In this document: in pieces, positions 1-14,954 of the stretch | Layout: each line of letters begins with the position of its first letter | Numbering within the stretch: the stretch's first letter is position 1 | The notes under the pieces: generated by a model | Told to the model about the DNA's origin: nothing | The model's input: the letters and a program-made list of their open reading frames with translations, nothing else | Databases searched by the model: none | Position numbers and translations under genes: made by a program | Virus record (IMG/VR): IMGVR_UViG_3300021400_000048 | Coordinates: 56,791-120,790 of that record | Direction: 5' to 3' (one strand) | DNA: 64,000 nucleotides | Source of the DNA: a virus | Taxonomy: Duplodnaviria; Heunggongvirae; Uroviricota; Caudoviricetes

Positions 1-3000
1 CGCCAGAAGAATATGCACAATTTGTTAAACTCAAAGTATAATATGCATGTGTAGGTGATTTTGTATAGCTACCTGGGGCAGCACTAGTTGCTTGTGAAGT
101 AGTTGTTGTTCCTGTACTACTAAATGCATAATTAGCTGAAGCTGTTCAAGTAATAGTTATAGCTGCATTATACCAGCCACTTGACTGATTAGGAGAACAG
201 TTAGTTCCACTGATAGTTAAGTAGAAGTAATTTGCATTACCAGTATAAATATATGTACCTGTACCAACTGTAGACTTTTTAGTAGATGTTCCACTATTAT
301 CAAATGCATAATTTGTTGATGCTGTCCAAGTAATTTCAGTACCAACAGCATAAATTGTATTAGTTGTTTTATTAGCTGAACAATTTGTAGATGAAATTGA
401 TACCTTACAATATCCTGGACTCTTTGAATAAGTTCCAGCAGCAGTAATTGTTGCAGTTGTTGTATCTGAAACAGCACTTCCACCAAATGATCATCTATCA
501 CCCGCAGTTCAAGTAATAACAGTACCTGTATCATACCAACCAGTTGACTTATTAGCAGTACTATTTGTTGCATTAATTGTAACACTATATTGAACTATAT
601 ATGTAGCTGTTATTGTTCTAGCAGCTGTGACAGGACTTAAATCATCCCAAGCATTAAATCTTTGACGAGTAGTTCCACTTGTTACTGTTGGAGGTACTAC
701 TTCAGCTGTTGGAGTTGCACCATGTGCTACTGTAGTTGTAGCAGTAGTTCAAGTTCCATAAGCAGATTGTCATTTTCAAGTAACAGTATATGTATTTCGA
801 GGAGCTGTCTTAATTGATCCTACAGAAGATCATTTATCTTGAGTTTCAGTAGCAGAAGATTCTGTAAATTTAAATGTTGCTGTAACATTTCCAGTTACGC
901 CATCTGTTCCACTATAAGTTGAACTGTCTGCATGATCATATCTTGTTCTAGATTGTGTACCTTTTGCACTAATATAATAAGTTGTATTAAAACTTAGTCC
1001 ACTTTGTGTTTTAGTATCACCTGCTGTTGTTGAGCCTAAGCTTGTTCCACCAGTTGCATTTGTAGTATTATAATATAATGTTACTGTAGCAGTATGTTCA
1101 TTCTTAACTGTAATATTACCAGTCGTTGCTGCTCCTGTAGTAGTTGCTGATGGAGTAGCTATTGAAATTGGTAGTCAAGAACTATAACTTGAAGGATTTG
1201 CTGCATGAGTTCCAGTTAAAGTATCACCATAGTAAATTGTATCGCCATTATTTAATACGCCAGTAGCCGCGCCAGCCAAAGGTGAAGAAGTTCTCTTAAC
1301 TTGATAAGTTCCATAGCTGCTTCCAGTTATTGAAATTGTCAAAGTGTATTGTTTAACTGTACAATTATTAATTGCACTACCTTTATAAGTAGCAGTTCCA
1401 GCCTCAGTTGTAGAAGATATTGTAAAGTTAGTACTATTTAATGTCATTGAACCATAATAAGTTGCTGGTAAATTATATCCAGTAGATGCTGCAATTCTTC
1501 AATAAACTGTAGAATTATAAGATGCTTCTAATGTTGTTGTTCCACCAGAAGTTGTTATACTAGATGTAGACCAATAAACAGTACCACCTGTTCTTGGGTA
1601 TGCTTGAATAGTATAATTTAATGGTGTACAACTTCCTAAGCTACCACTATAAACAGCTGTTTTATTAGCTTCACTTAATGTAAAGTTAGTAGAATTAATT
1701 GCTTTTGTTCCAGTATATGTACTAGGTCTTGCATAATAGTTATTTGCAGAAATAGTCCAAGTTGCATTTGAGCCAATTGTTTTATTTCCAGACCAAGTAA
1801 CTGTTCCATTTGAAGCACTACCACCAGAAACAGTATAATCAAACTTATTCATAGTTAATGCACCAAAAGTATAATTTGCTGTTATTGTTGCATTACGTGT
1901 ATAAGATTTTCCATTATAGTATCTTACACTGCTTGCTGTATAGTCATATCCAATATCAGGAGTAACTGTTTGTGTAACAGACTGATTGTAATATGATCAG
2001 CTATAATTTATAGTTTCAGTAGCATTACTAATAGCTGTTTGTTCAACTGTATATTGTATTGGATTTAGTGTTAATGTAACTTCGCCATCTCCAACAGTTG
2101 TTCAAGTTCCACTAGTACTTTGTGAAGTGTATCCAGTTTTGCTATAAGTATAAGAATATGTACTATTATAAGTTACAGTTATTGTTGTATCTGTATCACT
2201 TGTAGTAGAAGTTGCTTTACTTTGAACTCCTGTAATAGCATAATATTTTCTATGAATTGTAAGAGTATAAGTATTAGCTGTACAAGTTCCCAAACTACCT
2301 AATGCATAAGCAGCTGTTCTATTAGAATCGCTAAAACTGAAATTATCACTATTAAGTGTTACAGTTCCAGAGTATGTAGAAGGTCTAGTATATCCAGGAT
2401 TAGCTGTAATTGTTCAAGTTGAGTTACTTCCATATGTAGCAGTTGCTGGGCTTCAACTTACAGTTCCGTTTGAAGCTATACCAGAAATAGTATATGTTAT
2501 AGCTACACAATTTTTAGTATATGTTGCAGTTTTATTTGCATAGTTAAAATCGCAGCTTGCTTTAGAAACATAAGATGAATATGGTGTATTATAAATATAA
2601 CTTGTTGAATTACAATAGTAGTGTTGTGCAGGATTGATCTTATATACTAAATAATTACTCATTGCACTATATGTCTTTGAAATAGTTGGTCTTGTTGTAG
2701 GTGTTCCTGATGTAGTACTACTTTCAATATAATAACAATAATTAGAATTACTTGAATTTACACTTCAACTATATGTTGTAGCTGTACATGCTATTAATGC
2801 ATATGTTGCTACACTTGTTGCATCATTAAATGTAAATGAAGTATAATTTACACTTGTAGTATAATTATTATTATAATAATATCTTGTATTGCTATAAGTT
2901 ACTTCATAATGTTGAGTAGGAGCTTGTTGTAAATAAATAGTTTTAGACTGATAAGTTAAACTTATTGTTGCACTATAACTACCGCTAGTTGTACCAAGCT

Positions 3001-6000
3001 TACAAGTAGAATTGCTTGCACTAACACTTGCAGTATAAGTAATTGCTACTATTGGATAAGTTGTTGTACTTAAGCTGACTGTCGCTGTCTTAATGCTATC
3101 ATTAAATGCAAATGTATTACCTTTTACATAATAACTACTTCCAGATAATGAATTTCCATTATAATATCTTGTGTCACTAATTGTCATTTGATAATGGCTA
3201 TTAGGTGTTACTTTTACATAAATACTTGGATTACTTGTATATAGCTCAGCATAAGTTTTACTTAATGATGTACTATAACTGCTTGTAGATGTTCCAACTT
3301 GTACATTTGCATTTCCTAATGATGCAGTAACAGTATAAGTAATTGCTGTACAATTAATAGCTAAAGTTGCAGTTCTATTAGAATCTGTAAATGTAAAATT
3401 GCTACCAACTGCATAATGGCTTGTATCACCAATTGGGCTACCATTATAACCTCGTTGACTATTATAAGTAACATCATATCTTGCACTTGGATTTATCTTA
3501 TAATAAATTTTTGTAGATGCTCTGTCTGCATAAGTTCCTGTTTGTGCAGTTGTACTTCCAGTTGATGGTTGAGTACTTCCATGATAACAATATGCACTAT
3601 TAGCACTTGTAATACTATAAGTATATACTATAGCTGTACAATCTGTAACAAAGTTTGCAGTAGCTGTTCCATCGGCAGTTGATGTACTAAATGTATAATT
3701 AGCAGTTGTTAATGCTTTATTTGTATATACATAAGTATTATTATGATAATATGCTGTACTTACATAATAATAATGTTCATTAGCATTTACAGTTATACTA
3801 GTTGAACTTCCATAAGTAACTGCATTTGTAGTTCCTGGTGTACATACACCATTTGCAGAAACTGCACTATATGTATAGCTAAATGGTGAACAAGTAATTG
3901 TACCAATATTAATAGTATTACCTGAAATTGTTCCAGTTACAGTATAAGCACCAGCTTCATAATAAGAACCATGATATTGTGATTTTCTACCGTAGTAATA
4001 ATAAGCATCAGGATTTACTTTAACATATACAACAGAATCATAAGCAGCAGTTGTTATTTCATTATTATAACCAGAATCAGAATAAAACTTAACTACACCA
4101 TAATTTGTAGTAGTTGTTAATACATAAGTTTTTGGTGTTCAATGTGCATATAAAGTTTTATTAGATGTTGCTGTATATGGAAATACAATTTGGCTACCAC
4201 CTGTTTCATCTGTTCATCAACTATTAAATGTATATCCAGTTTTTGTTGGCTCTGTTGGTGCTGTAATTGAACCCCTTACAGATAGTATTCTATTTCATTG
4301 TGCATAAAGTGGTTGTGTACTTGAAGGTTGTCAACTTGCACCCTGATCACCTACCTTAGTTCCACCAGAACTATTAGTATATCAACCAGCTGCAGTATAT
4401 TTATATGTATCTACAGCTGTCTTAGACGCAACGGCTGAGCCACCCGTAGAATCAAATGTTACAGTATATCCAGGACTTGTATCATTTGCTGGTGGTGTTG
4501 CTGTTGCCAATGTAATTGCAGTAACACCTTTATTATTATCTGTTCATTGGGCATATAATGTTGTAGTAGTATCTCGTAATGGAGTACCAACAGCATATTT
4601 TGTGCCAGTTCCTGCAGCATTAGTATTTCAATAATAAGCTTCTCATTTATAATTTAATGTAGTTGTATCGCTATCTTTACTTAAATCAGAACCGCCATTA
4701 GCATTATAAGTAATAGTATAAGTTGCATGAGCATGCGTATTAGTTGTTGTAGGTAATGATGGTAATACAATAGAGGCTTGTGCTGTTTCTTCATTTCAAG
4801 TACATTGAGCTGTAGCTGTTACATTTGCAGAAGGCGTATAGCTTGCACCACTTGCGCCAATATCTCAGCCATTTGCTTTTCTACTTCAAGTATCTTGTGC
4901 ACTAATTGGGTCGCTTAATCCAGTAATAGTACAAGGATGTGAACTACTACTTGGTGAGTTACCATTAAATGTAATAGTATAAGTATTTCTATTTGCATTA
5001 CTAAATGTTAAATTATTAGTTGCAAGAGTTACTGCATTATTTGTATATGTATTTGTTCAAGCAGCATATAATGTAACATTTGATGTAGGTGTATAGCTTC
5101 CACCTGCGCTAACAGCAGTGCCACTTACTGAATTTACATGCCAATCATTTCAATTTCAATGTCTTGTTCTTGTACTTGTTTGACTTGTTGGTAATGTTCC
5201 AGTTCCTTCGCCTTTAGCATAAGTTACAGTATAACCAGCAACTGAATCATCAACACGTGATATAGCTGAGCTAACTGTAATAGATGGGTAAGATCAACTT
5301 CCAGCTGTAGGTGTTTTTGGACTATATGTTACAGAACTATCTACTATTGCAGTTGTATTGGCTGTAGTTGAAATAGAAGTACTTCCTTTATTTCAACCAT
5401 TTACAGTATAATTTCTTGTTGGAGTAGTTGTTTGACTACTTGGAGTAGAGCTTCCACCATTTGCATTATAAGATACTGTTATAGTAGTACTTTCTTGCAC
5501 TGGAGCAGATTTTAATGTTACTGTTGCACCATTATCATATCAACCAGTTGAGCTACTACCACTTATATTTATATAAGCAGAAGTATTAGATACTGTAATA
5601 TAATATTGTAATGTTGGAGTAACAACAGTATATATAGCATTTCCTGTTACAGCCACTACAGTAGGTGTAATGCCAGCATAAACATATCTAGCATTATTAC
5701 TACTATTAGTTCTTGTTTCTTGTACAACATTTGGAATTGTTGGGACAGTTCCATATTCAACAGTAGTAGTTGTGGTAGTATATGTTTCAGAACCTACAGC
5801 GTTAAATGATGCAAAATATTTCCAAGTAATAGTATAAGTTGTTAATTCTTTAGTACTATATGCCACTCATACTGTAGTTTCTGCTTTAGGGAAAAACTTT
5901 CCACTAGTGTCTGATATATTAGAATATGTGTATTGCGTAGTAATATATGGCATTGGTGCAAAATCTTGTGGTCAAGACTCCGTATTATAGTCTGTTTTAA

Positions 6001-9000
6001 ATGGTCCAATAGTAGCAAATGTACTGCCCTCATATTTTAAATTAACATATACTGGTACTTCTGATGGTACAAGTGTTAATGTTGCACCAGCTGTAGTTGT
6101 TGATTTTACATCACTCATATTAATAGAATAATTTGCAGCAGCTGTTGTAGGTTTTGCTTTTGTAGTTTGTCCTATTGCAGTATAAATTACTGTACTAGCT
6201 GCAGAAACATCGCTAGACCAGCTTGAACCACCATTTACAGAATATTGATAAGTAGCAACACCTGTATTAGCTTTAACTATTACTTTATAATAATTAGCAC
6301 TTGGTGTCTGAGTAGTACCAGCTATAGAGCTACTAGAAGTAACATTAGCTGTTGTTGTACCAATTGAGCTAAATGCATAATTCTCATCAGCTGTATATAC
6401 TATATCTGTATCTTTTAATACAAAAGCACCACTTGTAAATCCACTAGGGCTATCTAATGTACAACGTGTAGTGGTAATTAATATTTTATAATATATATAA
6501 TTAGCTGTTTTCTCTAAGATTTGTCCAGCTGTTGTTACTGTATCATACACTGTCAAAGTTGGACTTAGTACATTAGTGTTAGTAAAGCTATATTTATAAT
6601 TTGTATCTGTATTTGCATTTCAAGTTATTACGGTATTTTTTAGAATATATCCAGAGTCGTAGTCTGCACTACAATTTTCAGCGCCTATAGTTACATTATA
6701 ATAAATATATTGAGCATTTTTTATATAATCTGTCTTAGCAGAAACTATTTCTTGCACAGTAACTGTAGGAGCTATTGCGCTACTATTTGTAAAGCTGTAT
6801 TTAGTATTTACATCAGTATCTGCGTTTCAAGTAATTGTAGTTCCACTTAATATATAATCACCACTAGATATTGTTGGAGTAGTTATTGAACAATTAGTAT
6901 TTGTAAATGTTATATAATAATAAATATAATCAGCATTATGTATATAAGCTAATTTATCTAAACTTAATACTTCAGTTTCTATTACAGTTGGAGATTTTAA
7001 ATTAGCATCGCTAAAACTATATTTGTAATCATTAGCTGAGCTTGCTGCTTCTCAGTAAACTGTTGTACCTACTGGATATACTATAGAATCTACCATAGTT
7101 TCTTTATTTTGGCCTACATATCTATAAATATTTGAACAGTTATTACCAGAGTAGCTTGCTTGCATATATTCAGGACTTGGAGCAGTATAAGTACCATTTC
7201 CATCTCATAAGTCTGTTTTTATAATAGAATCATCTTCTGTAGTTACACCATTATAAGAATAATGGCTTTTAGCTGTTCATGTAATTTGTGTAATGCTACT
7301 ATATCATGTATTAATAGTTATACTTGGTGTAGCATATGGGCTATTAATAACAAGAGCTTTAAAATATTGATTATAAGTAGCATCAATATTTCTATTACCT
7401 GTAACTTTTGCTAAACTATCTCAAGCATTAAACTCTAATTTACCAGTGCCTGCTGAATTTGTAACAGTAGTTGGAGTTGGAACTGTTCCAGAAATTGGAG
7501 TTGATGTTCCAGGTATATCATCATAATAATATACTACATTTACAGTTGTTCAATTAACAGCATCATATGTCATATCTGAATCATATGCATTTGCATATCT
7601 AAATGTAATTGTATAAGAATTTAAAGTTCTGTCATTTGTTGCTGTAATAGTTACATTAGTTGTAAGCTCATCTATGTCACCATTTGTAATAATAGGAGTA
7701 GTATATGAGTATTTAGCAGTATCAACAGCTTTATTTACTGTATTTGTTCATCTTGCTGTATCTAAATCATCTCATCTATAGCAAGTAATTGTTGTTCCAT
7801 TTACTTCTAATTTATCACCATAATAAGCTATTTTATCAGCAGAAGATGCTCAAGAACCATATGGAGGATTGCTAAATGATACAGTAAGTGCAATTCTAGT
7901 AGGGGCAGCAGAAACGCTTCCTGGAACAGGGTCTGAATCAGATGTTATAGGGCTATTTCCAAAAATATATCCAGTATTTGCTTTAAAATAAGTTATTTTT
8001 GAAGCCGCTATTTCAAATCAACCACTATTAACTTGAACTGTACATTCAGCATTGCTATAAGCTACGCAATTTGTAACATTAATTGCGTAATAACCATAAG
8101 TACATTCTGCACGATATACATAAGTATTGCTGTTTATTATAGCAGTTTCAGTAGACTTTCCATTAGCATCAAAAGCATAACTAGTTTCTCTTGTTCACGT
8201 AATTACTGTGCCTAATTCATAAATTGTATCAGTAGTCTTATCTGCTGTGCAGTGGTTACTACTTAAATCAATTTTACAAAAACTAGGACTTTTAGCTAAT
8301 TCACCACCTTGAATAATTGTACTTTGTGCAGTATCACTTACACTACTTCCTCCAAATGATCATCTTGGATTAGCAGTTCAAGTAATAATAGTATTTTCAT
8401 CATACCAGCCTGCTGTTGATGTTGTTGAACAGTTAGTTCCAGCAAAAGTAACATAATATTGTTGTTTATATGTACAAGTAATAGTTCTAGACGCAACTAC
8501 TTGACCTAAATCATCTCATGCTAAAGCTACTTGTTTATTATTTCCAGATACGACATCGCTAGGTAAAGTTCTGCTTGGATACTCACCATAGCTATATTGT
8601 TCATTTTCAACTGTCCAATGTCCATAGCTATCTTGTCATTTCCAAGTAATTGTATATTTATTTGTTACAACTTTCGCTGAAACAGCTATACTAGGGTCAG
8701 CAGCAGTTGCTACATCATCAACACAATAAGTTCTAGCACTAACTTCTGTTCAGTTATCTTGAGGCAAATAAGAATATTGTGCAGTATTATCTTTTAATGT
8801 AGCAAAACCATAAACACTTGAATTAATATCAAAGTATGTATTATTAGGGCTTCCTGATGTTGCAGCACTGTCTGTAGATAAATAAATAGAATTTGTTTTA
8901 CATTCTAAAGCTGACATAGAAACTTTAAATCAAGAAGGTTTAGCAACTATATTGCAATTTTCACTTCAAATATAAAGTTTTTCAGTAGTTGTTCCTGCTT

Positions 9001-12000
9001 CATCTCAAGCATAGCCACGTTCAGCATATACGGTAAAACTAGTTGGTAATCAATAGCCAGTTTCAGCATGCTCATTATGATTATATGCAGTAGTTTGATA
9101 AGTTGTGTATAAATAAGTAATTCGACCAAAGCAATAGTTAGGGCTTGCACTTAGTGTTGTAGGTACTTGTGCATTTGAAGCAGTTATAGTTAAACTTGTG
9201 CCACCTGTTGGCTTTTCAGCAGATGCACTTGCAGCAGCACCACTTGCAAAAGATCAATAAGTACTTGAATTAACTACTGTACTTAAGTTAGTTCCCTTAG
9301 CAACATATTGACCATTAGCGTGGCCTGAAGCATATTCACAGTGTGTTAAATCTAATGTTACTTGTACAAAATCTGGATTTGAAGTTAATGCACAATTTAA
9401 TGACCAAGTTTTTGTTTCAGTTGTTTCTGAAGCGCTATATGCATAGCCATTATTAGCTGTACAAGTTATTTGACCACCATTTGTAAAATAATAATTTGTT
9501 CCACTTGGGATTGTTGTACTTAAAACACTATCTGTTGCATAGCAATTTATACAAGTTATTTGACCAATCACACAAGTAGGGCTACCATTTATAACTCTTG
9601 GCTGATTCATTATCACAGTTTCTGAATAATTGCTTGCAGTAGTACCAGTACTAAATGAATAGTTAGACTTAGGTGTAAAGGTAGCAGTTACTGATGTTGC
9701 ATCTATAATTTTGTATCAAGCAGATGACTTATTACATGTACAATTTGAATCTACATTTATTGTTAAATAGCAGTGTGTAGGTGTTTTTGAATATGTATTA
9801 CCTGGTGTTATTAAATTATCACTTTCTGTTGTTTTTCCATTAGCGTCAAAAGCATAACCAGGATCTCTTGTTCAAGTACATTGAGTATTATATTGATATC
9901 AACCAGTAGTTGAAGGAGTTGTACAGCCTACTCCTGCAGAAATTATTACGTAAATATAATCCGCTGTTGGTGCATAATTAAATATATTTCTTGTTACATC
10001 TAAATATGTAGTTGTTTGAGTTCCATTAGCATTAAAAGCACAATTATTAGCTGCTGTAAAATTAATACGTGTACCTATTTCATACCAACCATCTGTGCTA
10101 GTAGAAGAACAACGAGTTCCACCAATAGTAATATCCATAAAGTCAGCAGAAGCAACATAATTTGTAATTGATGCTACAATAGTATCTTCTAAAACATTTG
10201 TTCCCTCTGAGTCAAAACCATAATCATCTAAAGCTATTCAGCTAAATGTAGTTCCTAACAATCTATAACCATCTGCCATTATCATGATATCATCTATGTA
10301 TGCATTACAAGATGTGCCATTAAATGTTACATATTTATAATCTGCAGACGCTTCATATAAGTATGGCGCAGCTAAAGATACAGATTGATAAGTTGATGCA
10401 CTTTGTGTTGTTCCTTCTGCAAAACTATATCCTATATCTGCTGTTCAAGTAATTCTTGTACCGCCTCTCATAAGACCTACCCAGCCACTTGGGATATTGA
10501 CACTACCATCATTTGCTTGACATCTTGTTGATTCAACTTTAATTTGTACATAAGGAGGAATCTTATCAAATGTGCCGCCGGCTGTTAATGTAACAGTAGT
10601 ATCATCTCCTATGCTAATTCCATTAAATGAGTGCTTATTATCAGCAGTTCAAGTTATTGTAAGATTATTTGGTGCATAATAAGTATTAGAATCTTTATCT
10701 ATTGCACTACAATAACTTCCAGTTATACTTGCAGCTTTTATATTTGTAGGGCTATTATCATAAGTACCAGGTGCTAAAACAGTTGTTGTAGCTTCTGTTT
10801 GAGTAGCTCCAGCACTAAATGAATAATAAGTATCTGGTGCTCAACGAATTATAGTATTTAAAGCTACAACACCACTTCAATTTGTAGCTCTTTGAGTAGA
10901 ACCTACATAAATAGTATCATTAGTTCCTTTAACTGTAATTCCAGCATATGTTGGACTTGCTGAAACAGTACCTGGTACTGCTGCTGTTTGGTCTAAGTAA
11001 TCATTTACAGTTGTTCCATTAAATGACCAATTATTCACAGCAGTAAATCTTGTAGTTTTACTTACAGCTAATTCATACCAACCACTGTTTACATTTGCTG
11101 TATATTTATCAGAATCGGCAGAAACAGTATAATAACCATAAGTTGGCGCATAATCATACGCATTTTTACCGGCTTCAGTTAAATGCTTACTAGCTGTTTG
11201 TGTTCCATTACTATCATAAGCATATAAATTATCAGCAGTTCAGGTACATTCTATATCATAACTAACTCATCTTCAACCATCAACAATAGCTGCACCGCCA
11301 ATGCTTGCAGCACTATTTGTTGATGCAATTTTTACATAAATATAATCTGCAGAATTTGAATAAATACCTGCTTGATTTGGAGTAATGCTTTGAACAGCTG
11401 TTTTTTGTGTACCATGTATATTAAAAGCATAATTATCTCTATCTGTTTCAGTTCCAGCAGTTCAAGTATATGTAAATGCTGTTGAGCTGCTATCATACCA
11501 ACCAGATGGATAATTACTATCTAACGTACAACGTGTACCATTAAATGTTAATTTATATTGACGTTTATATTGTGCGATAATAGTTCTATTTCCAGTAACT
11601 GGTGATAAATTATCCCATTGTAAGAAATATTCTCTGGCATTATCTTCACTATTAGTTACAGTTTCACCGACTCTACTTGGAGTCTCACCATATATATAAA
11701 CTTCTTCAACCTCAGTATAAGTATTTGGATAAGCTGTTAAATATTTCCAAGTAATTGTATAGCCATTAACAGTTTGTGTACCTCATATTATTTGTTGATA
11801 AACTTCATGTGTAATATTAGTAATTTCCACATCTTCCATATTACTATATGTATAATATGTTGTTACATATGTGCTATCTGTATATAAGTCTGAAGCTCAT
11901 ACACTATCACCATAATTTACAATATATGGGCCAGTTTCTGCAAATCTTGTTCCTTCATAATAATGTTGTAAATAAACTGGTACAGTCGCAGGAACTATTG

Positions 12001-13696
12001 TTACACTTGCTGGTAATGATGTAGATAATACAATAGTAGCAGTGTCTACCGTATAATTAGTATCCGCTGTGCAAGCTTTTACTTTAGCTATGTTTCCAGT
12101 AGGACAATTAAAGCTTGTGGCACTTACGTTATCTATTCAAGTAATGCCATCATCAGTACTATATGAATAAGTTACAACACCTGTAGCTCTTGTTACATTA
12201 ACAATAAAATATGCTGCTTGTGGAACAGTTGCAGATTGACTTGAATATGTACAAATTGCGTAAGGCTGATTATCTAGTACATAACCTGTAGTAGCTGTTG
12301 AAGCTTTAACATAACAAGTAGCGACATAATCTATATAAATATTATCACCAGAAGTATATTCAGTTGTAGACCAAGTAGTTCCATTTGTTGAATACTTAAA
12401 TTTAGCAACACCTGTACCTAAGCTAATAGTAGGATTCCAATTAATACGTGTTGCACCAACACTTGCAATAGTAGTATTTTCGTAATAAGCATTTGTAATA
12501 AATGGTGTACCACTAACAGTGCCATTTCAAGTATATAAGCCAGTTTCATCATCATATGTACAGTCTGTTTCAGTGATTGTGCATGTTGCATAGTTTGTTC
12601 CGCCACTACGCTCTCTTAATACTAAAGTTACTGGAAATTTATAGCCAGTTGTCATTGCAAATCTAATAGGGTCTGTTAACCAATTACCATTTCCAAGTAC
12701 TTGGATATTATTACCACTTGTAGGATATAAATTAGTAATGCCAGTCATAGCTGCTGTATCATTATAAATATTCATTATTTTACCAACAGCATTTACATTA
12801 ATTTCATCATAATAAGTATTTCCTGACATTGTATAGCTATTATTTCCAAAAGTTAATGTAATAATAGGCTCAGTAATATTTGCATAATCTAACCAATTTG
12901 CAGATCTTAAACCGCTAATATTGATTGCTAAAGGAGCATCAAATGTACCAACATTATTTACAGTAATAACTGCACCATTTGCTGTATTTTTAATAATATT
13001 ATAACTTTTTGGTGTAGGATTAACAGCTGGAGCAATAATTGCAGACCCTTCACCGGCAATAACAGTACCTTTATAAGTTGATTCTGCACCTGTAAATTCA
13101 TAGCCTGTGTCTGGGATAGCTTCTCAAGTAATTGCTGTTCCCCACCAAGGATAAGGATTATCTAAGTTAACACTACCAGAATTCACTGTTCCAGTATGTT
13201 CAACTCCATAAATATCAGTATATTTATAAGAAATAACTGCATGACTAAGTGAATTTACAATACTATGATTGGTAGCATATCTTCTAGCCTCATAACTATT
13301 TACAGCTTGTTCATCCAAAATTATAGTATTAGGGCTAGCTTGTGAAGTAGCAATATTACCACTATCTACACCATTAACAAAAAATCTACCTTGTACTGCT
13401 GGTGTAGTGCCAATATAAAAATATAAAATATCGCCACCAAAAAATACTTGGCCATCTTCGCACATACTTGTATCTTTTAAGTGAACTTGAGTAGCCAAAT
13501 CTGCAGGAGCGCTGATTTCTATGTAATTACCAGTAGCTGGGAACATTTCACCAGCTGCTCTAACATAAATATCAGTAATTCCTAATGTAAATTTAATATA
13601 TGGGTCTAAGCCTGGCCAATGTGCATTATACTTTAAGTAATACTCTCTTTTTGCAGATATTTTATACTCATTCTTAATATATTCTTTTGTTGCCAT
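1..13696 (-). CDS. giant repetitive virion-surface / tail-fibre-like protein (table 4); 5' end complete, 3' end beyond window, more than 4,560 codons in window
   Basis: ATG at 13694-13696 behind a GAGAGGA RBS. All T/S/Y/N/G-rich minus-strand fragments (ends 12829, 10138, 9616, 6556, 5866, 3187, 2662, 2293, 1852, 1447) share the frame of 13696. Fragments that were checked end in TGA (e.g. + strand tca at 13124-13126 and 9899-9901). Fragments in other frames (217..585, 5842..6033, 8947..9150) are Q/L low-complexity junk. Confidence 0.7.
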
Positions 13697-13721
13697 AATT
13701 TAATTCCTCTCTAAGAATACT

Positions 13722-14327
13722 TTAATTAGTAGCTTGTGTACTTTCGTATGTATAAATATTTCCTTGAATATATGTAACACCTTCTATAGTTGTTGTTGCA
13801 CCTGTATATCTATAATATATTCCTGCATTTGCAGCTATTAACTTGGCATGTAATTCTGCTGCTGTAATAACTGTAATAACGCCTTCAAGGCTACCGCTTG
13901 CAATATATCCATTTCCTCATGACAAAATATTGCCTTGTCTTGTTACTGAAACAGCATTAAAAGCACCAATACTAGAAATTACTCAAGCTGTTCCATTATA
14001 GACTAAGTCCAATATACAGTTTGCAGCTCAGTTATTTGCACTTACTCCTGAATTTATATTAGCAGTAATTGCTGTTGCTGCTACAATTTGTGTGCCACTT
14101 TCATCGTTAATTGTAAGTGTAGGGTTAATTGCAGTATTACCATTAACAAATCTTACTTTAAGTTGTAAGCCTTCCTCTAAAACTAAACTTGTTAATTGTG
14201 CGCTATTTATTACCTTTGCAGCTGTATTTGCAAGAGTTGAGCAAGTACCGTATGGAATAGCTATACTATATGAGTCAATAGTATTATTATTTTCATTTTC
14301 GATTTCAACAGTATATATTTTTGACAT
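13722..14327 (-). CDS. hypothetical 201-aa protein; paralog of 14345..14671 with an extra C-terminal domain; reads through 3 TGA
   Basis: Hand translation continues past the TGA at 14028 to a TAA at 13722-13724. Shares the (K/R)FVNGNT..P.ITIN motif with the next gene. Confidence 0.55.
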
Positions 14328-14344
14328 AAATAACTCCTTAAAGT

Positions 14345-14671
14345 TTATTTAAATAGCTTTGTAATAATAAGCTGATTATTTCCACCATATGTTACTTCAA
14401 CAATATTATCAATATCAATATTAGTCGGTAAACATGGGCTATTTCCTAAAATTATACAAGCAGTTCCATTAATTGTAATTGCAGGCGCACTTGAAGTATT
14501 GCCATTAACAAATTTAATTAACAACTGCTCGCCTATTTCTAAAACATCACTTGATATTCTATAGCTACCTTTATTTATTTCTGAATCTGCTATTTCTACA
14601 GGTATTTCAATTATTGGTAAACTAATACTATATTCATTTGTTGCTATTTCAATCATACTTATTTTTGCCAT
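14345..14671 (-). CDS. hypothetical 108-aa protein (FVNGNT motif family)
   Basis: ORF track; real TAA stop; RBS GGGGA upstream. Confidence 0.55.
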   Translation of the reverse strand: MAKISMIEIATNEYSISLPIIEIPVEIADSEINKGSYRISSDVLEIGEQLLIKFVNGNTSSAPAITINGTACIILGNSPCLPTNIDIDNIVEVTYGGNNQLIITKLFK

Positions 14672-14681
14672 ATAATTTCCC

Positions 14682-14891
14682 CTATAAAATTAATTTTCCA
14701 TCTTTTACTTCTCTTTTTTGATTTAAAAAAGGAAGGTCTCCAACTGTGTGAATACCATCCCCTATTTTTATTCTAGGAGAAGCATTTTCAAACTCATATA
14801 CAATAATAGTAAATTGATCTGGGACATAGTTTTTAGCCTTTTCTCAATTTTGAGCCAAATCGGTCTTAATTATAGCATTTTGTTTTTTCAT
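14682..14891 (-). CDS. small 69-aa protein, one TGA-Trp (IKIGDGIHTVGDLPF motif)
   Basis: ATG behind an AGGAGAAACATT RBS; hand translation MKKQNAIIKTDLAQNWEKAK...GKLIL; not in the ORF track because of its size and the TGA. Confidence 0.4.
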
Positions 14892-14954
14892 AATGTTTCT
14901 CCTATCTTTTCAAGAAGTTTTTAATGATTATCATTTCAAATCAATTTATTTTAT

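Noticed and set aside
217-12606. Minus-strand ORFs 217..585, 5842..6033, 8947..9150 and 12418..12606
   Set aside because: They are in the wrong frame relative to the giant ORF, and their Q/L/H-rich composition is typical of off-frame reading of its codon repeats.
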